From Octopus bimaculoides (taxonomy: Eukaryota): a stretch of DNA of 64,000 bases. Shown in pieces: positions 39,324-53,863 of this stretch (within the stretch, counting starts at the first letter, position 1; each line of letters opens with the position of its first letter). The translations under genes were made by a program, and so were the position numbers. The stretch is from NCBI RefSeq assembly GCF_001194135.2, contig NC_068982.1, positions 23,943,060-24,007,059 on the forward strand, in the 5' to 3' direction. The notes under the pieces were generated by a model. The model ran no database searches. It was given only the letters and a program-made list of their open reading frames with translations, and was not told where the DNA came from.

Positions 39324-41547
39324 GTAGATAGATAGATATATATAGATAGAGAACCGAAGCTGCGTCCTGATCTAGCACATTTGTTTATTCCCATTTTCTA
39401 GTCGCTGTCGATTCGCCTTAAACACTACCAATATTTTTATTTTTAGATAAGCAACTTTATTCATATGTATTTGTGTATGCATGTGATGGCGGGTGTTTAT
39501 GTAAACTACATTAAACTAACAATGCAATGCAAACGTTCAAACGATCAGCACAAATGCCTCGACTAAATAGACCTTGCGGTGTCAAAAATGTAGAAAAACT
39601 CTTAACTGAAAGACATGAATTAATATTCGCCGATCACGTCTGGGTTTTAAGAGTGAATATTTACCGATGCCAAACAAAGATACCGAATAGCCAACATTTG
39701 AGATAGTCAAGTGAGTCTAATGAAATTGCGATGGAAGTGACCCACAGCAGTATAAAATATATATGGGATGGTGATATTTGAATAAATACGAACAAATTAA
39801 TGAGAGAAAATTGTACAATAGTACGAAAGTGTGCAGGGTTTTTTTATTTTCAATCATAGTTTCTAAGACTTGCAAAATAGACTTCAACAACATTGACTAA
39901 AAAAAAAGGTAAAGTGCTTGTTATCTCGTAGATAATAAAGTCCTTTCTATGTTTTCTATTTATTTCAGAAGATATGTGTTACTGAGGCAAATGATTTTAT
40001 GTGCGTATTCGCATCTAATGAAACAACTACATGTATCCAAGCTTTCACCAGAGACAGGTATCATTTCCGTGACTGTTGATTTTAAGTTTGAATAGGATAA
40101 ATACGCAGTTGATGCCAATTGTTTGCAGAATATTGCATTCATGTAGTGAGATCACTCAAAAAGTGTTTGCTTTTATTGGTCTACTTTGCTTTGTTGCTCT
40201 TTCCTATTGCATTTCTGTATAATTGTATCTAATTATTAATTGAAGCATCTGCGAAATAGAAGTAATATAAGGGACCTTTGTCAAGAATGGGTACATTTAG
40301 GAGTATATAGTAGTCACATGACAAATTACATTAACTTCCTTTAGCCTTAAACCAGTAGATTACATCCGTAATGACATATACGTGCCTCCGGGATAATATA
40401 TCTAGGATGTGCTTATTAATCTTTCTAGAATCAGTCTTAGTGGGATTGATTAATCTGATTGTGGGTTTATGTTAAAAGTTAACCATGTGAACATTAGCAG
40501 TAAAATATGGTTCAATGGACGCGCGTGCTCCGATACGGTCATTACCATGTAAATTAAAGGTAATAACGTATCCCTGGTTCTCCGTTTCATTTAATGTAGA
40601 CCTGTTAGATAACTTATCGTTGCTTGTAATAGCATTGAAGATTACTCGGCAGTGTATATTTATATCCCTTCACGAAAATGCTCAAATTTATCTGATTTCA
40701 AATGTATCCGGTTAAATGCTCTGATTTAACAGATTCCTACACCGGGCATTTGGTGACGGTTGCTTTGATATATACGAATATCATTTTCGTAATAAGTTAA
40801 TATGTGTTATCTACGAAAGAGCTTCACCTCTACAAAGCCACTACTTCTACAACGGACTCAATACAGGTGAATTTACTTTACACATACACACAGAAAAACA
40901 CACGCACGTACACACACTCACACGCAAACACACACACATGGATATATATANNNNNNNNNNNNNNNNNNNNNNNNNNNNNNNNNNNNNNNNNNNNNNNNNN
41001 NNNNNNNNNNNNNNNNNNNNNNNNNNNNNNNNNNNNNNNNNNNNNNNNNNNNNNNNNNNNNNNNNNNNNNNNNNNNNNNNTATACATGCATATATATATG
41101 CTTGTATGCGTGTGTGTGTGCCTGTGTGGAGTAGTACATTGCATGTAAATGTGACAACTAGCCATATATATATCTTTTATAACATTGCTCAACAAAGAAT
41201 TTGTGCAAGAAAACAACCTGTATTTTATATGTTTTTGCATGCAGAGTTCAAAAATAGTATCAAATTATCTGTATCACCTACAGTTTATCTGTTTCAAGAT
41301 AGCCCACTCAGTTCCTGTTACGTGAGTTAACTTCTAGTAAAGCTGGTGAAATTTGAAGGTAACGGTTTAAGAAATACTCCCAATTTAAATGTTTATGAGT
41401 AGAATTAACCTAATGAAATCATAAATCTAGCAATCTGAGTCAATGAGCCACCGAATCTTGACAACAATGAGTGGATGAGTCACCGAAGGTTTGTCAGTGT
41501 AGGCGTGCGGCTGTGTACTAAGTTCAGACTTTCCATTCACTTTCATA

Positions 41548-42800
41548 ATGCCAAGTAACTGTATAAATATCGCAAACAACTTTTGCAATGTTTGCGGTGA
41601 CTTGAGATTCAGGTCACAAAGAGAACATTTCGCGCCATTGAATAAAAAGTAATATGAGCACTTGATAAAGGCTTAGCAAATCATATGTGCTGTGTAACCT
41701 ATATCAGACTGCATGGACCATGTGATATGCGTTTACCATCCCTATGATTTGAGGATAGCCTAAATATCACACTTCAGATTTGCACTTGTTCAATATACAA
41801 GGTATAACATCAAAATCCAAGCAAACTGTAAATTATCCTCATTTATAATCTGCTATGTACCTGATCCTCCAGTCAAAGGGCACTTAGTGACGACGAGTCA
41901 AATGAGGAAGGTGTGGAGATAGAAACAGAATACATGGAGTTTGAGCCTAATTGTTCTTCAGGTGGATCACATTTGTTGACTCAGGGAGATCTACATGATC
42001 TTGTGCGGGATTTAAACATGCCGAAAAAGCAAGCTGAACTTCTTGGTTCTAAGTTAAAGAGCTGTAATTTTCTCCAGAAAGAGACCAAAGTTAGTGTTCA
42101 TCTTGCTCGGCATTGGGATTGATTTTTGCAATTTTTCTCACTAGAGCATGGCGTGGTGTTTTGTAATGATGTATATTCTGTTATGGAGGTACATAACCAC
42201 ATATATAGCACAAATGAGTGGCGTTTGTTTATTGATTCCTCAAAAGCAACCTTGAAAGCAGTTTTTCTCCACAATGGAAATAAGTTTCCTTCTGTTCCTC
42301 TGGCCCATGCAGCTAACATGAAGGAAACATGTGAGAGTTTGAAGCTTCTATTGCAAAAAATTAAGAATGAGAAACATAACTAGAATATTTCTGGTGACCT
42401 AAAGGTTGTGGCACTTTTACTTGGAATGCAACTGGGTTACACCAGGATTTGTTGCCTTCACTGTGAGTGGGACAGTCGGGATAAGAAAACATCATTATGA
42501 AAAGAATGTGCTGTCGAAACGATATCTGACTCCTGACAGAGGAATACCATCAATCCTCCTTTGTTGATTCTGAGAAAATTTATTTACGTCTTTTACATAT
42601 TGTACTATGGTGGATTACGTATTTCCTCAAAGGTATAGATAGAATTGGCAAAGGATTCGCGTTTTTGAAAACTGAATTTCCAAGAGTAAGTGACGCAAAA
42701 ATTAAGGAAGGTATTTTTGTTGGGTCAATCATTCGGGAGCTGATGCGAGACCAATAGTTTGATGAAGAGCTCAATGATGTTGAAAAAGCTGCGTGGCTAT
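41548..42800 (+). mobile_element. Degraded DNA-transposon transposase, Chapaev3/CMC-like (family assignment tentative)
   Basis: Collinear motifs across stops and frameshifts: MPSNCINIANNFCNVCGD (N-terminal Cys finger), TIPMI*, LLTQGDLHDLVRDLNMPKKQAELLGSKL, EWRLFIDSSKATLKAVFLHNGNKFPSVPLAHA, GDLKVVALLLGMQLGYTRICCLHCEWDSR and EFPRVSDAKIKEGIFVG..EKAAW. Confidence 0.85.
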
Positions 42801-45800
42801 TTTATAACAAAATGGAGTAACTCTGAATGTTCTAAAACGCTTGTCGATTTTTGCACGGTACGTAATTCATTGAGCACGAAACTTTGAAATCAAATTCAAC
42901 CACACATTTATCTAAACTCAAAAGAGAGAATGTCAAAAGACATTTACAGCAATGTAAATTGGCAAATTCTCTCAGGATTCAGTGAATTGTCATCTTAGGT
43001 GGCCAACACCAATCAGGAGGCCATTACTTTTATTGAAAATATTTCATTGAAACTTTATTCGGGTCATATTCTGTAACATACCAATGTTTATTATATACCA
43101 TTTGGAATCAACTTCACGCCATATACTATTGATTTCTAGCTGTATAAAAGGATATCACATTCAATTGTGTACTTATCGTTCCGAAAATCAGTCATACATG
43201 TATTAATTGTTAAATTACATAAAATAGTTATACACTTTGAGTACCGAAGTGTCGCTTAAAATATATTGAGTGGTGCTATGAAGTGCAAATATCGTATTAA
43301 GTGTTCTATCAATGAAACATTATTTTTTCTTTCTTTCGTTTCCTTGCCCTGTAATCTAAATATTGTGATCTAGTCTTTCTCTAGTGATTTCAATGATTTC
43401 CGCGATATCAGACTATCATGGATAATGCTCTTTTAAAAGATTTTTTTTCATATCTTTATAACTAATTGATTCGTAAATATTGAACATTTTCCAATATTTA
43501 TTGTAAAGTAAAGCAAAGCCTCATACATTTTTTAAAGTACACTACTGTTCGCAATAATGCTGTAATAAATGACATACTGATATTTACAAAGTGCACAAAA
43601 TGTGAACAAAAGTATGGTGCAATTTCTTGAGAGTAGATAAGTAAATTACATTGTTAGATAAGAAATAGACGTTGAATGAAAATCAGCTTCAGTATTTAAA
43701 GTGAAATGCATCTCTTCAGTTGAAATATTGCTACACTTATATATAATTGTAATTGGTATTGAAAGTTGCTTTGAATCAATAACACAACCAGACACAAGAG
43801 CTCATACATTTAAACAGATGCGAATGTTTATGAAATGATTGTGTACACACTACAAAGGAAATAATTCGAAATGGTCGCCATTATTATATTAAATGAATAT
43901 GGGTAAATTAATTTCTTACGTAGGTACAAGGTCACATATTTAAGATGAACACTTATTTTTCTTGACACAGTTACTAGGATAGTATTCATCGTGGAGTCAT
44001 AGGCAGTAAACACGTTTTACTCGCCACTCTATCTGACATTCTGATCTGTTTCCTCTTCGTAATTAACATTTAAACAAATCATTGGCGTATGTTTTTTTAA
44101 CAAATGCTACGATATCAAATACAATGACCCATTCTTTTTTTTTTGCCACATTACAAGGAAGAGGAATAAAACCAGATGTTTGCAACAAATGCAGGTGATG
44201 ATTGGATGTTTGTACAACCAAACGCAGAAGCTGGCACTCTACATTCAAGAGGAATTTCACCACAAGCTTCAATTCTTCAAATGCCTGGAGGAATTTCATG
44301 GACATATAATGTGTACATACACTATGTCTTATTTTTCGCTAAGTAGTTATGAAATGTTTAATAAAATGAATATTAGTTCCAATCGTACAATGTGAACGTT
44401 AATAAATGAAGAATACTTATATTTCATGTCGAGTATATGACAGAAAAAATCAAAATAGAATGCTATGTGAGACTTTAAACTATTGCATTGAGTACCAATT
44501 CCAGGCACTTGTTTCTGAATATTTTCATGCTATTTTATTTTAATTTGTTCTGTGTTGATGTGTGAGCAAATAGAATATTCTTTCACATATTGTGAATTGT
44601 GACGAAATATTATCGATATTTGCTTTTAGTAGAGAATTGGTGACAGTTCTTTTAACTAATTGGTATTAAAATAGATTTGCCTTTATAAATATTAGCAGCT
44701 ATCATGAAGGAAATATTGTTCCTTCTCAAAACCTTTGCTATTCTTCGTGAAATATAGCAGCATACTTCTTTTCATTGTTTTCATAAAAGCTATTCAGTGA
44801 ATAATAATACGGTATTCATATTTGTGAACAACACTACATTTCCAATTTTCAACTGATTAGGATTTTTTGGAAAATATTGCAAAAATCGGCATTTGTTTCA
44901 ATTTTACATAATAATGACCAACCTGCAGTCGAAAAAAGTTGCAGAGCATTTTTAGACAACTATACATTCCAATTTGGTTATTTTTACTTTGTTATTAGTT
45001 TTAAGTAAGAATATCCATCCATTCATCCATCCATCCATCTATCCAACAATCCATACATACATACATACATACATATAGTGAGACTATTTATGATGATGAG
45101 CTGCAATATTCGCAAACTACAGTTGCATATAATATAAGTTCATACCTAATATTTATTACGAAAACAAATAGTTGGTTTTTGCCAGCAACACTATATTTCA
45201 CTACTTAAGAAGTAACAATAAATTGAAACAAAATCTCTCTTGCAGTATTACACACAAGGAAAAAGGGTATAAATAATCAAAGAATATTCATAATATCGGA
45301 GTTATCAAAAGAAAGGTACCGAAAACGAGATTAAAACAAAATGTATCACGAAAATAAACATACTAAATCAGCTGAATACTATTTTTTTCCGTTTTGGGGA
45401 ATTTTGATCTCGGATCTGTGCAGAGCCATACTTTTACGTAGACTGTTTTTTTGTATTGCTCTTGATACCCAGAGCAGATTAGTGCGTATATCAGGTTCTC
45501 CGGAGCATATGTGAAGCTCTTTTCTACTGTGAAACGATGGCCCGGTTTGAAGGAGAACTCTGATCCCCTAATTAAATTGACACATATCCAACAGTTGGTC
45601 TTCCACATTTTTTTTTTACTGACGGCTTCAGTGTTATTGTTGTGCGTATTCGGGCTTGTGTTAGCAGACTTTTAATAGATTTGGGCTGTCTCTTGCTTTT
45701 TATGATGGTGTCTGTTTGGAGGATTAATTCATTCTGTGGTCCTTTATTTAACAGGCGAATGTTTATTTAATACTTTAAACTGACATATTTGTAAAATACG

Positions 45801-45904
45801 CAATTCATTTTGGTGCGTGTATAAAATTGATAGATATCACACGCTGAATGGAATACTTTTTTGCTCATTCTACCTATGTTGAATGTATAAACTACATATA
45901 TATA

Positions 45905-45995
45905 GAGAGAAAAAGGCCAAGGTAGAAAATGCAAAAATAATTTTACTAAAAGTATTTCAGTACCGTTTCAGTCATTGAGGCTTTCTCACCTGTAA
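45905..45995. repeat. Short dispersed repeat abutting (TA)n; matches 2803-2895
   Basis: See 2803-2895. Confidence 0.6.
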
Positions 45996-46541
45996 ATATC
46001 GAAAACAAATTTTAAAAAACCAATTTTTTTTTTTTTAATCAATTTTTTTTTTTTAAAGAATATTTGCATAATATTCAAATACAAGGGGCATTTCCTTGTT
46101 TCAGCCTGTCTCTGTCTCTCNNNNNNNNNNNNNNNNNNNNNNNNNNNNNNNNNNNNNNNNNNNNNNNNNNNNNNNNNNNNNNNNNNNNNNNNNNNNNNNN
46201 NGGAGGAGGAGAAGAAGAATGTGGGAGTGCTATGATAGTAGTAGGATGTTAAATGGTCAAGTGCCCTGAAAGTGACTTGTGGATGGTAGTAGTGATTGAA
46301 ATCTTGAGACATCTCTTTCGAACGTATTGTTTACAATATTTGCGTAGGTGTTATTCTAAACAGCAATAGTAGTAAAGTAAGGAAGGAAGTGACAGAGAGG
46401 ATATTGGAATAGAGGTTAGCTACATCGAAGGATACTAGTACTGTGGTTTTCTTTATACTTTCAGGAATGTGATTGAGCATATCCAGGTCGTTCATTATGT
46501 AGCTTTTGACATGCTTGAGGAATGGTTTTAAGACAGTATGT

Positions 46542-46684
46542 AAAATATTTCAACCTGGCTCCTTCTATTAGGAAATGGGAACGTTCCATTTGATGGAAAT
46601 GGTGATATCAGTTTGGCTCATATTGCTTTCGTGGTGAATTCCCCATCTGAACTGAAGAACATATTATTTCCAAACTTAGGTAAA
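46542..46684 (+). pseudogene. Helitron-type Pif1 helicase fragment
   Basis: Translates KIFSTWLLLLGNGNVPFDGNGDISLAHIAFVVNSPSELKNILFPNLGK, resembling the F..WLL.IGNG.VP....I......V....ELI..VFPN segment of Helitron Rep/Hel helicases. Confidence 0.6.
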
Positions 46685-46953
46685 GTTTATAAATTAGATT
46701 TAATCCATGTCCTGTTTTGAATAATATTGAATTGTTTTAAATATTACTGTTTTAACTCGAAGAAGCTTTCCTTAATTGCGGACGATTGTTGCATTCTGTG
46801 GCACCACAAACTTAATATAACGTTTATATTGTAGGTACATATGAACTATTACTAAGTTATTTCACAGAGCTGCTTTGAGATAATTTTGTAAGTTTCTCTA
46901 GTTAATACATTGTCTAGATGTTTTCATATATAGATACATATACACACACACAT

Positions 46954-47011
<58 letters not shown>

Positions 47012-49884
47012 GACAAAGGTCTGATTCAACAATGTTTGAGATTGCCACCCATTTTTTTCTGGCTCCGTATTCGTTTACCTCCTAAGATGCGTATATACAC
47101 GCATTATTTTCCTTATCGTAACATGTACCATCGCTTTGTATGTTGCTGAAAAGCAAGGTGAATGCGTTTTGAGTTAGGTTTTAGAATCAACAGAGGTTTT
47201 CTTCTAGTCATCTTCAATACTATACCTATTTTATTCAAAAATCATAGATCATAATTTATGGTTTTAGAAATATTTCAAAAATATTGATACTTATGTTAAG
47301 AATTGCGAAACAGAATCATAAATGATCCATAAAATATTTACCTTTAGTAATATTTGTCGTGTAGAATTATCTCATATCTGGAATGTATTGCATAGTGGTC
47401 TGTCTGTATGATACAGTTTCATATTATTTAATATTTCTTTCCACTCCATAAGAATATTTCTGTATTAGTTGCACAACTTTTTCTAGTACACATTTAGAGG
47501 CTAGTTAAAGGCAGAATAGATTTCTACATAATATTATCACTAGTTATATTTTAGGAGTTGAAATGCCATGGGTTGTATGAATTCATGTCAGAATACACTT
47601 CACATAGTTGTCTTTTATAATTTACACTGTAGGATTTGTTGATAGCCATTTACTATATTAAGTGGTGTTGACATGCATTTATTTGTAAACGTAAATTTTC
47701 TGTTGCCCTATTCAGTCCGCAAATATTCGTAAGTATCAGAAAAAAATATCCAAATTAATTTTCATCTTTACTATTCATATAATTATAAATCAATAACTAT
47801 TTTATCTATAGACATACACTACTATTAATCAGTGACACTCTACTTTGGGACGCTATAAAACTGTGTTCAGTAGGATTTTACGAGAAACAGATGGAAAAAA
47901 ACGTCTACATTTGTCTTAGTGTCTACCAATCACTACCAATCAGAGCAGAACTATGAGAGAATATAAGCATTGTAGAATGTTCATTTGTAAGACGTAATAT
48001 ATGAAGACGTAACTAAATTCGCTTTACTGCCAAACATATATGTAGTACAAAGGCATTTTTTAAAATATCAGGTTTTTCCTAGCTGAATAAATGTGTAATT
48101 GGATAAAAGAATAATTTGGGAAGTGAGTGTTGGCTGAGCGGTGAAATTTTTCGTTACTGCTGCTCAGTAGTAAATAATCTATATCTAAGACGATCTGATG
48201 TTTGAAAATGTTGTTGTTTTGGCACGATACGAGACGAATACCCAATCAACACTGTTCAACACGCTCACAGTAATAGAATATACTTCTTCAGAAACTAAAC
48301 CAGACTAATCATCAAAACATGAATAGCATATGCCAAATATCATCAGTAACCGTTCTAATTAACGATTACATCTCGGGATGCAGACGTTTTTTTATAGAAG
48401 ATTTTGACAACTTTGAATCTATTTTCATTTGAACAGCATCTTTTTTTGCTCGTGTGACTGCGAATTCAAGAAATGTTCGAGTTTATTGATTTCGCAGCCA
48501 CACCAGTTTATTCACTGTCTGCATTGCTATTTAAGACAAGATTCCAATCTGTCAACTCCGTACATCGTTGGTGCAACGGCACTCAGATTTTTCTTAGTAT
48601 TTGTTTTTGTTTTAAAAAGATAATTCATACTTAGACGTTTATCATATAAAATCAATACGTACAGACGTATGGAAATTTCGACATTCAAATATGTTACATA
48701 GCATGACACAAAATCAAAGTCACATGAGCAAAAAATTTTCGTTGAAGTAAACTAGTAAACGATATTTGTATAACAATAGAAACTTAGAAATCTCTGCTTC
48801 CCTCGAAATATTTATATATGCGAAAAATATGCACGCACGCACTCAAACACACACACAAGCACACACACACACACACACACGTATATATATATATATATGT
48901 ATGTATNNNNNNNNNNNNNNNNNNNNNNNNNNNNNNNNNNNNNNNNNNNNNNNNNNNNNNNNNNNNNNNNNNNNNNNNNNNNNNNNNNNNNNNNNNNNNN
49001 NNNNNNNNNNNNNNNNNNNNNNNNNNNNNNNNNNNNNNNNNNNTATATATATATACAATGATGCGCACGTACAAATATGCGTATATCACAACAACAGTTA
49101 AGATAAGTTCATTGTGCATAGTGTCGATGATCTGCTTTTTAAAGACGAAAATTGGATAAACACATTTTGCTTAAAATATATGTATACAGGATTCTCGATA
49201 CATTGGAGAATGTGCGTGTGTGTTAGTTCGCGAATTTTTTTTTTTACTTTGGGTAAAATACTGATACACGGTGATTATATGTTAGCTTGCAAAATGTTCA
49301 TACGTTCCAAAAAGCTGTTATTTAGCATTATAAAAAAAACCCAGGATTTGTCGTCATTGGTTCTCTTAGCTTAATAGTTCAGACCGCTCAGCCATAGTTT
49401 TAGAGGTCAAGATTCAATAGTGTGTGGAGGCCTGTTAGGCAGATAGTTTCTCTTTTCTGAATAGGGTATTTACCCAATTTTCTAGGCTGTCCTAACAATC
49501 TACCTGCATTCTTGAATTCCTGTAGAGATAGGCAGTGATAAAGACCGTCTTTTAAAAGTAGGTGGAAGGAAATTAATATTTATGGAGAGTTTCGAATACA
49601 TATAAATGAATAATGTGATCCAAATAGGGATTTATGACGCCATGCATTTATTTCTATATGCAAATTGCCATCTAAATACACTTCTTAGAATTACATTTCT
49701 GCATCGGAAATTTTTGATTTACATAATCGCTCAACGAATAAAAGTTTATAGCCGACTACCTACACAGTATTTTCATGCCCTGGGTGAAGGAGCTTGAGCT
49801 TAATTATCGGATTTATATCAGCAATAATTGGTGACTATCAACACGGTACTTTCATAACTGTTCTTCGACGTGCGCAGCCGTACA

Positions 49885-50042
49885 CGTACACACTCATTGT
49901 TAAACAAAAGAGAATTATATTTGAGATCTGCTGTAAGTTTGAACAAGCAGTCGTAGTTCAAAGAAAGTTTTGGAGGGATTTTCAAACGTATTTACTTTAG
50001 CAATTAGAAATCAATTTAAATCAGATGGAACTATTCGGCAGG
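49885..50042 (+). pseudogene. N-terminal HTH (DUF4817-like) of a Tc1/mariner-superfamily transposase
   Basis: YTLIVKQKRIIFEICCKFEQAVVVQRKFWRDFQTYLL*, then after a frameshift IRNQFKSDGTIR; compare the pattern ..AVEVQR.FRREF..TI.RIRDKF..DGTV. Confidence 0.6.
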
Positions 50043-50149
50043 GCCAAATAAAAAATTTCGTTTTCGGAAGACTGTAGATATCGATGAGTCAAGAAAGAGT
50101 ACTATAAACGTCGTACTATATTTCAAGAAAATGTCTGCATCAAGTAAAT

Positions 50150-51470
50150 TACAAATTCATTTACACTGAGTTAACTCACCATACAGAAATTGCCTGAGGA
50201 ATCCGATCGTCTTCCATTCTGAATATACAACCACCCTTTCGTATTACGCACTATATTTGTACCTGTTTCCCTAACTGCATTTGAGAATTTTATCTTGACT
50301 TACATTTACTATCAGAATTCAGGAGACAGTGAGACACAGTTGATGAATTCGTTTTAGCCTTTTCATGTCTCCGACCAGAATCAATTTTCCCTTGCATACA
50401 AGTGTTGTAGAACTCCAACTCAAATTCCATGTGGGGTTTATAAACGTTTTACCAATTTTCGGAATATCTCATCGGATTACTTGCATCATGGACAAAACTC
50501 CATCAAAGTATCTACCATATTCACAGTATTGACGATGCACACTATTTTTCCACAACCGACAGTTTTCCAAATATACAAAACTGTTTATTTTAGAGTAACC
50601 TTTTCCTGGTGGAGATTGTTATATTCCGATTTCCTCTTCAGTATGACTGTTAGACCCATTGCACTGCAAGATGTCATGACGGAATTCAAACATCAAAAAA
50701 TTGGGTACTAGTGTTGAGCATAGCTTTGTTATGACAGAAAATCCTCTTTTATTCAACATCCTGCCCGTTATCGAATGCAATGTGAATTCCATGCAACTAG
50801 CCTTCAAAGCTATTACAAAAGCCAGAGCAAATTACAGTGCGTAATGAGTAGACTCTGGTATATCTCATTGCTTAAGTACTATTTTCAAAATATATTGTTG
50901 GAGTGAAATGCAAATTGAATCCCGTCTGATTCATTCTTCCACTAAGCATCTTCCATATCACAAAAACTATGTTTTACCGTAAAAGTTTCATTCTTATATG
51001 CTTTCTTTCTCATGCAGGACACTTGCAATCTTTACATTTTTTTCATTTAATAATGTCTGGACTTTCTCATCATTTTCATGAAAGCCGTCGTCTTCTCCAT
51101 ATTTTCTTTTCCCTAAGCAAAGAACTGCAGTTTGTTAACACCATAGAAAAACGTTTTTACAGTTCTCAAGTGTCTTTAAATTGAATATTGCCTGTCCTTT
51201 TCCCCTACTCCTCATTAATAGCATTATCATTCAGAGGAGTCTGATATAATTATTTTAGCCACAATATTGGCATTTACATTTGTTACAATTCATTTGATTT
51301 AAAAACCAACTTTGCACAAGGAAACCGATGGTCAGTCCAGTATTCAGCTTCCCGCGTGACGCAGATATTGCACACATCACAGACATCGTGCATACACAAT
51401 GAGTCAAGCTCACTGATATGACACTGCTTCGAGCGTGGATTCATCTACAATTCATATTTACCCTCTACTG
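50150..51470 (-). mobile_element. Old RTE-clade LINE relic with most of the RT core missing
   Basis: Collinear minus-strand motifs: MNPRSKQCH (about 51440), VTREAEYWTDHRFPCAKL (about 51330), GFHENDEKVQTLLNEK (about 51060), DMEDA*WKNESDGIQ (about 50940), TEEEI..PGK (about 50620) and RMEDDRIPQAI/LYGEL (about 50190). Confidence 0.72.
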
Positions 51471-51807
51471 GTATATGATAGTTACTATTCACAAACTCCG
51501 CTTTTGAAATATTTGCAGCAATAATCCATTAATATTGCGCATTTTCATTCCGTGGTTTTCTTTTCAACCTCAAAATATGAGTCACCAAGTATGAGAACTT
51601 AATCAGCATACAGAATCTTTCGGCTCCAAACACCCAAGTAAAGAATTAATTTTGAAAAAAATATTTATATGCTTCGAATAAAAATATTTACATCCTGTGT
51701 CTTACAAAATAAATGGAGTTTTGTCAGCTTTTTGTGTGAAGCAATTATTGTTCCATACCATTGTTTCTGATAGCAATGAAATTTCATTGTGAATATTCAT
51801 TTAGCTC

Positions 51808-52010
51808 AAGGCGGCGCGCTGGTAGAATTGTTAGCATATCAGGCAAAATGCTTAATGGAATTTCGTCCATTTGTATGGTTTCAGCTCAAATTCTGCTGAG
51901 GACGACACTGCCTTTCATTTTCTTGGGGTCTATCAAATAGTACTAGGGTTGATGTAATCGATTTACACATTCCACTGAAATTGTTGGCCTTCGCCAAACT
52001 CTGAAGCCAA
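51808..52010 (+). mobile_element. SINE family A
   Basis: AAGGCGGCGCGCTGGTAGAATTGTTAGCATATCAGGCAAAATGCTTAATGG..GGGTTGATGTAATCGATTTAC. Confidence 0.8.
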
Positions 52011-52829
52011 TTTTCAATGAAAACGCGCACGCACACGCACGCACACGCACGTACACACAATTAACATCTATATATATACATATATGTGCATATATAAACA
52101 GAAGATACAAACGTAACTGAACAATTGAGAATTTCGTTTCACTATTAAGCTCTTGCATTTGTATGTCTTTATTTTTTTTTTAATGGAATCACCAGTTTGA
52201 CCGAAGTCTATTTAAACAACCGATTAGCCGGTTATCTGACGGATAGATTACACGCTTATTACACATAACCAGCGAATTAAAGAATGCGCTGAAAATATAT
52301 ATAATAACACACATCGTACAGGTGTAACAAGTTACATTTATGCCAACTTTTGAGTAATTATTATTGTTGACAGAACACCTGTACGTCGAATGTGTATCCG
52401 TATAATAAAACAGGTATACGCGTATACACATGTTTTTATGGGTAAGTATATTTCGTTTCAATATATATAAATATTAGTATATTCATGTAAAAATATTTTC
52501 ATTGCATCCTCTACAATTAATACAGAAGATTCACGGCTACCTCAGTTTGACAGAAACATCGAAGTCATTCGTCAAACATCAGGTTTCAGATTAGAAGCAG
52601 TGTTTCGTTATTTAAATAGATGTAGGAACAAATATTTGTTCTGAATTGTTATTTAAATTAATATAGTGAGATGGATTAGCTTATTATTACCTAATATATA
52701 AATTTCCGACATATGAGTTACATAATGTTTTCATGTATATTCAAACAAAATTTATAAGTACTCAATCACACTTTTTTGTCAGCATATCATATGCTTAATT
52801 TATCAATCAATCTATATATTTAACTGTGC

Positions 52830-52904
52830 ATTTCTTTCTCTAACTCTCTCCCTCCTTCGTTTTCTCCCTCTCTTTCTCTCTCTTTCTCTCTCTCTCTCTT
52901 TCAG

Positions 52905-52937
<33 letters not shown>

Positions 52938-53168
52938 GTATGTATATGTATATACGTATATATATAAATGTTTATATATATATATATGTATATATATATA
53001 ATTATATATATATATATATAAATAAATAAATATATATANNNNNNNNNNNNNNNNNNNNNNNNNNNNNNNNNNNNNNNNNNNNNNNNNNNNNNNNNNNNNN
53101 NNNNNNNNNNNNNNNNNNNNNNNNNNNNNNNNNNNNNNNNNNNNNNNNNNNNNNNNNNNNNNNNNNNN

Positions 53169-53210
<42 letters not shown>

Positions 53211-53400
53211 GTATGTATATATATACATATATATATATACAGATGTATACATGTATACATACAGATGTTCATATATATATATATATATGCATACACAGAC
53301 ACACACACACACACACACACACACGCATATATATATATATATGTATATATGGGAGTTGATTGTATATATATGTAGAGAAAACAAACGCACACACGCACAT
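52830..53400. repeat. Compound (CT)n/(TA)n/(GT)n/(CA)n array with N-gap 53039-53168
   Basis: Directly visible. Confidence 0.95.
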
Positions 53401-53811
53401 AGGCACACACGTACAAAAACAACATTTGAATATGTATCCAACTATGAATATCTCACCGTATATGTGTGTGTGTGCATGCTTGTGTGTGTGCATAAGTGCT
53501 CGTTTATATCTATTTGCCTCTTTGTAAAACTCTGTGTATTGTGTGAAACCAAAAATTGGAAGATGAATTGCTACTGTGAATTACGAATTTTATTATCATT
53601 AAGTTTAAAAGCAGGAAATTCTAGCTTGCTATTCTTTCTTGCAATAATTATACAAATTGTAAAAAGTGATTGATTACTGTTTTATATTTACTTCATTTTG
53701 CCGTGAGGAAAAAGGCCTTTAATTCTTATCAGTGAAAAAAAAAAAAAAAAACCTATGCATGTATATATGTACATACGTAAGTATATATTTTCAATTATGT
53801 GCATATATATA

Positions 53812-53863
<52 letters not shown>

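Noticed and set aside
44140-44305. Possible micro-exon (T-run..ACAAG|37 nt|GTGATG) and 71-80 aa ORFs on both strands
   Set aside because: No recognisable protein similarity and no partner exons; such splice-like signals are expected by chance.
49370-49560. Possible old tRNA-derived SINE head
   Set aside because: Too degraded, with no matching second copy in the window.
50360-50400. GKLILVGDMKG, like an APE endonuclease motif
   Set aside because: It is out of order relative to the surrounding RTE motifs and is better read as the degraded TLYKGKG region of that relic.
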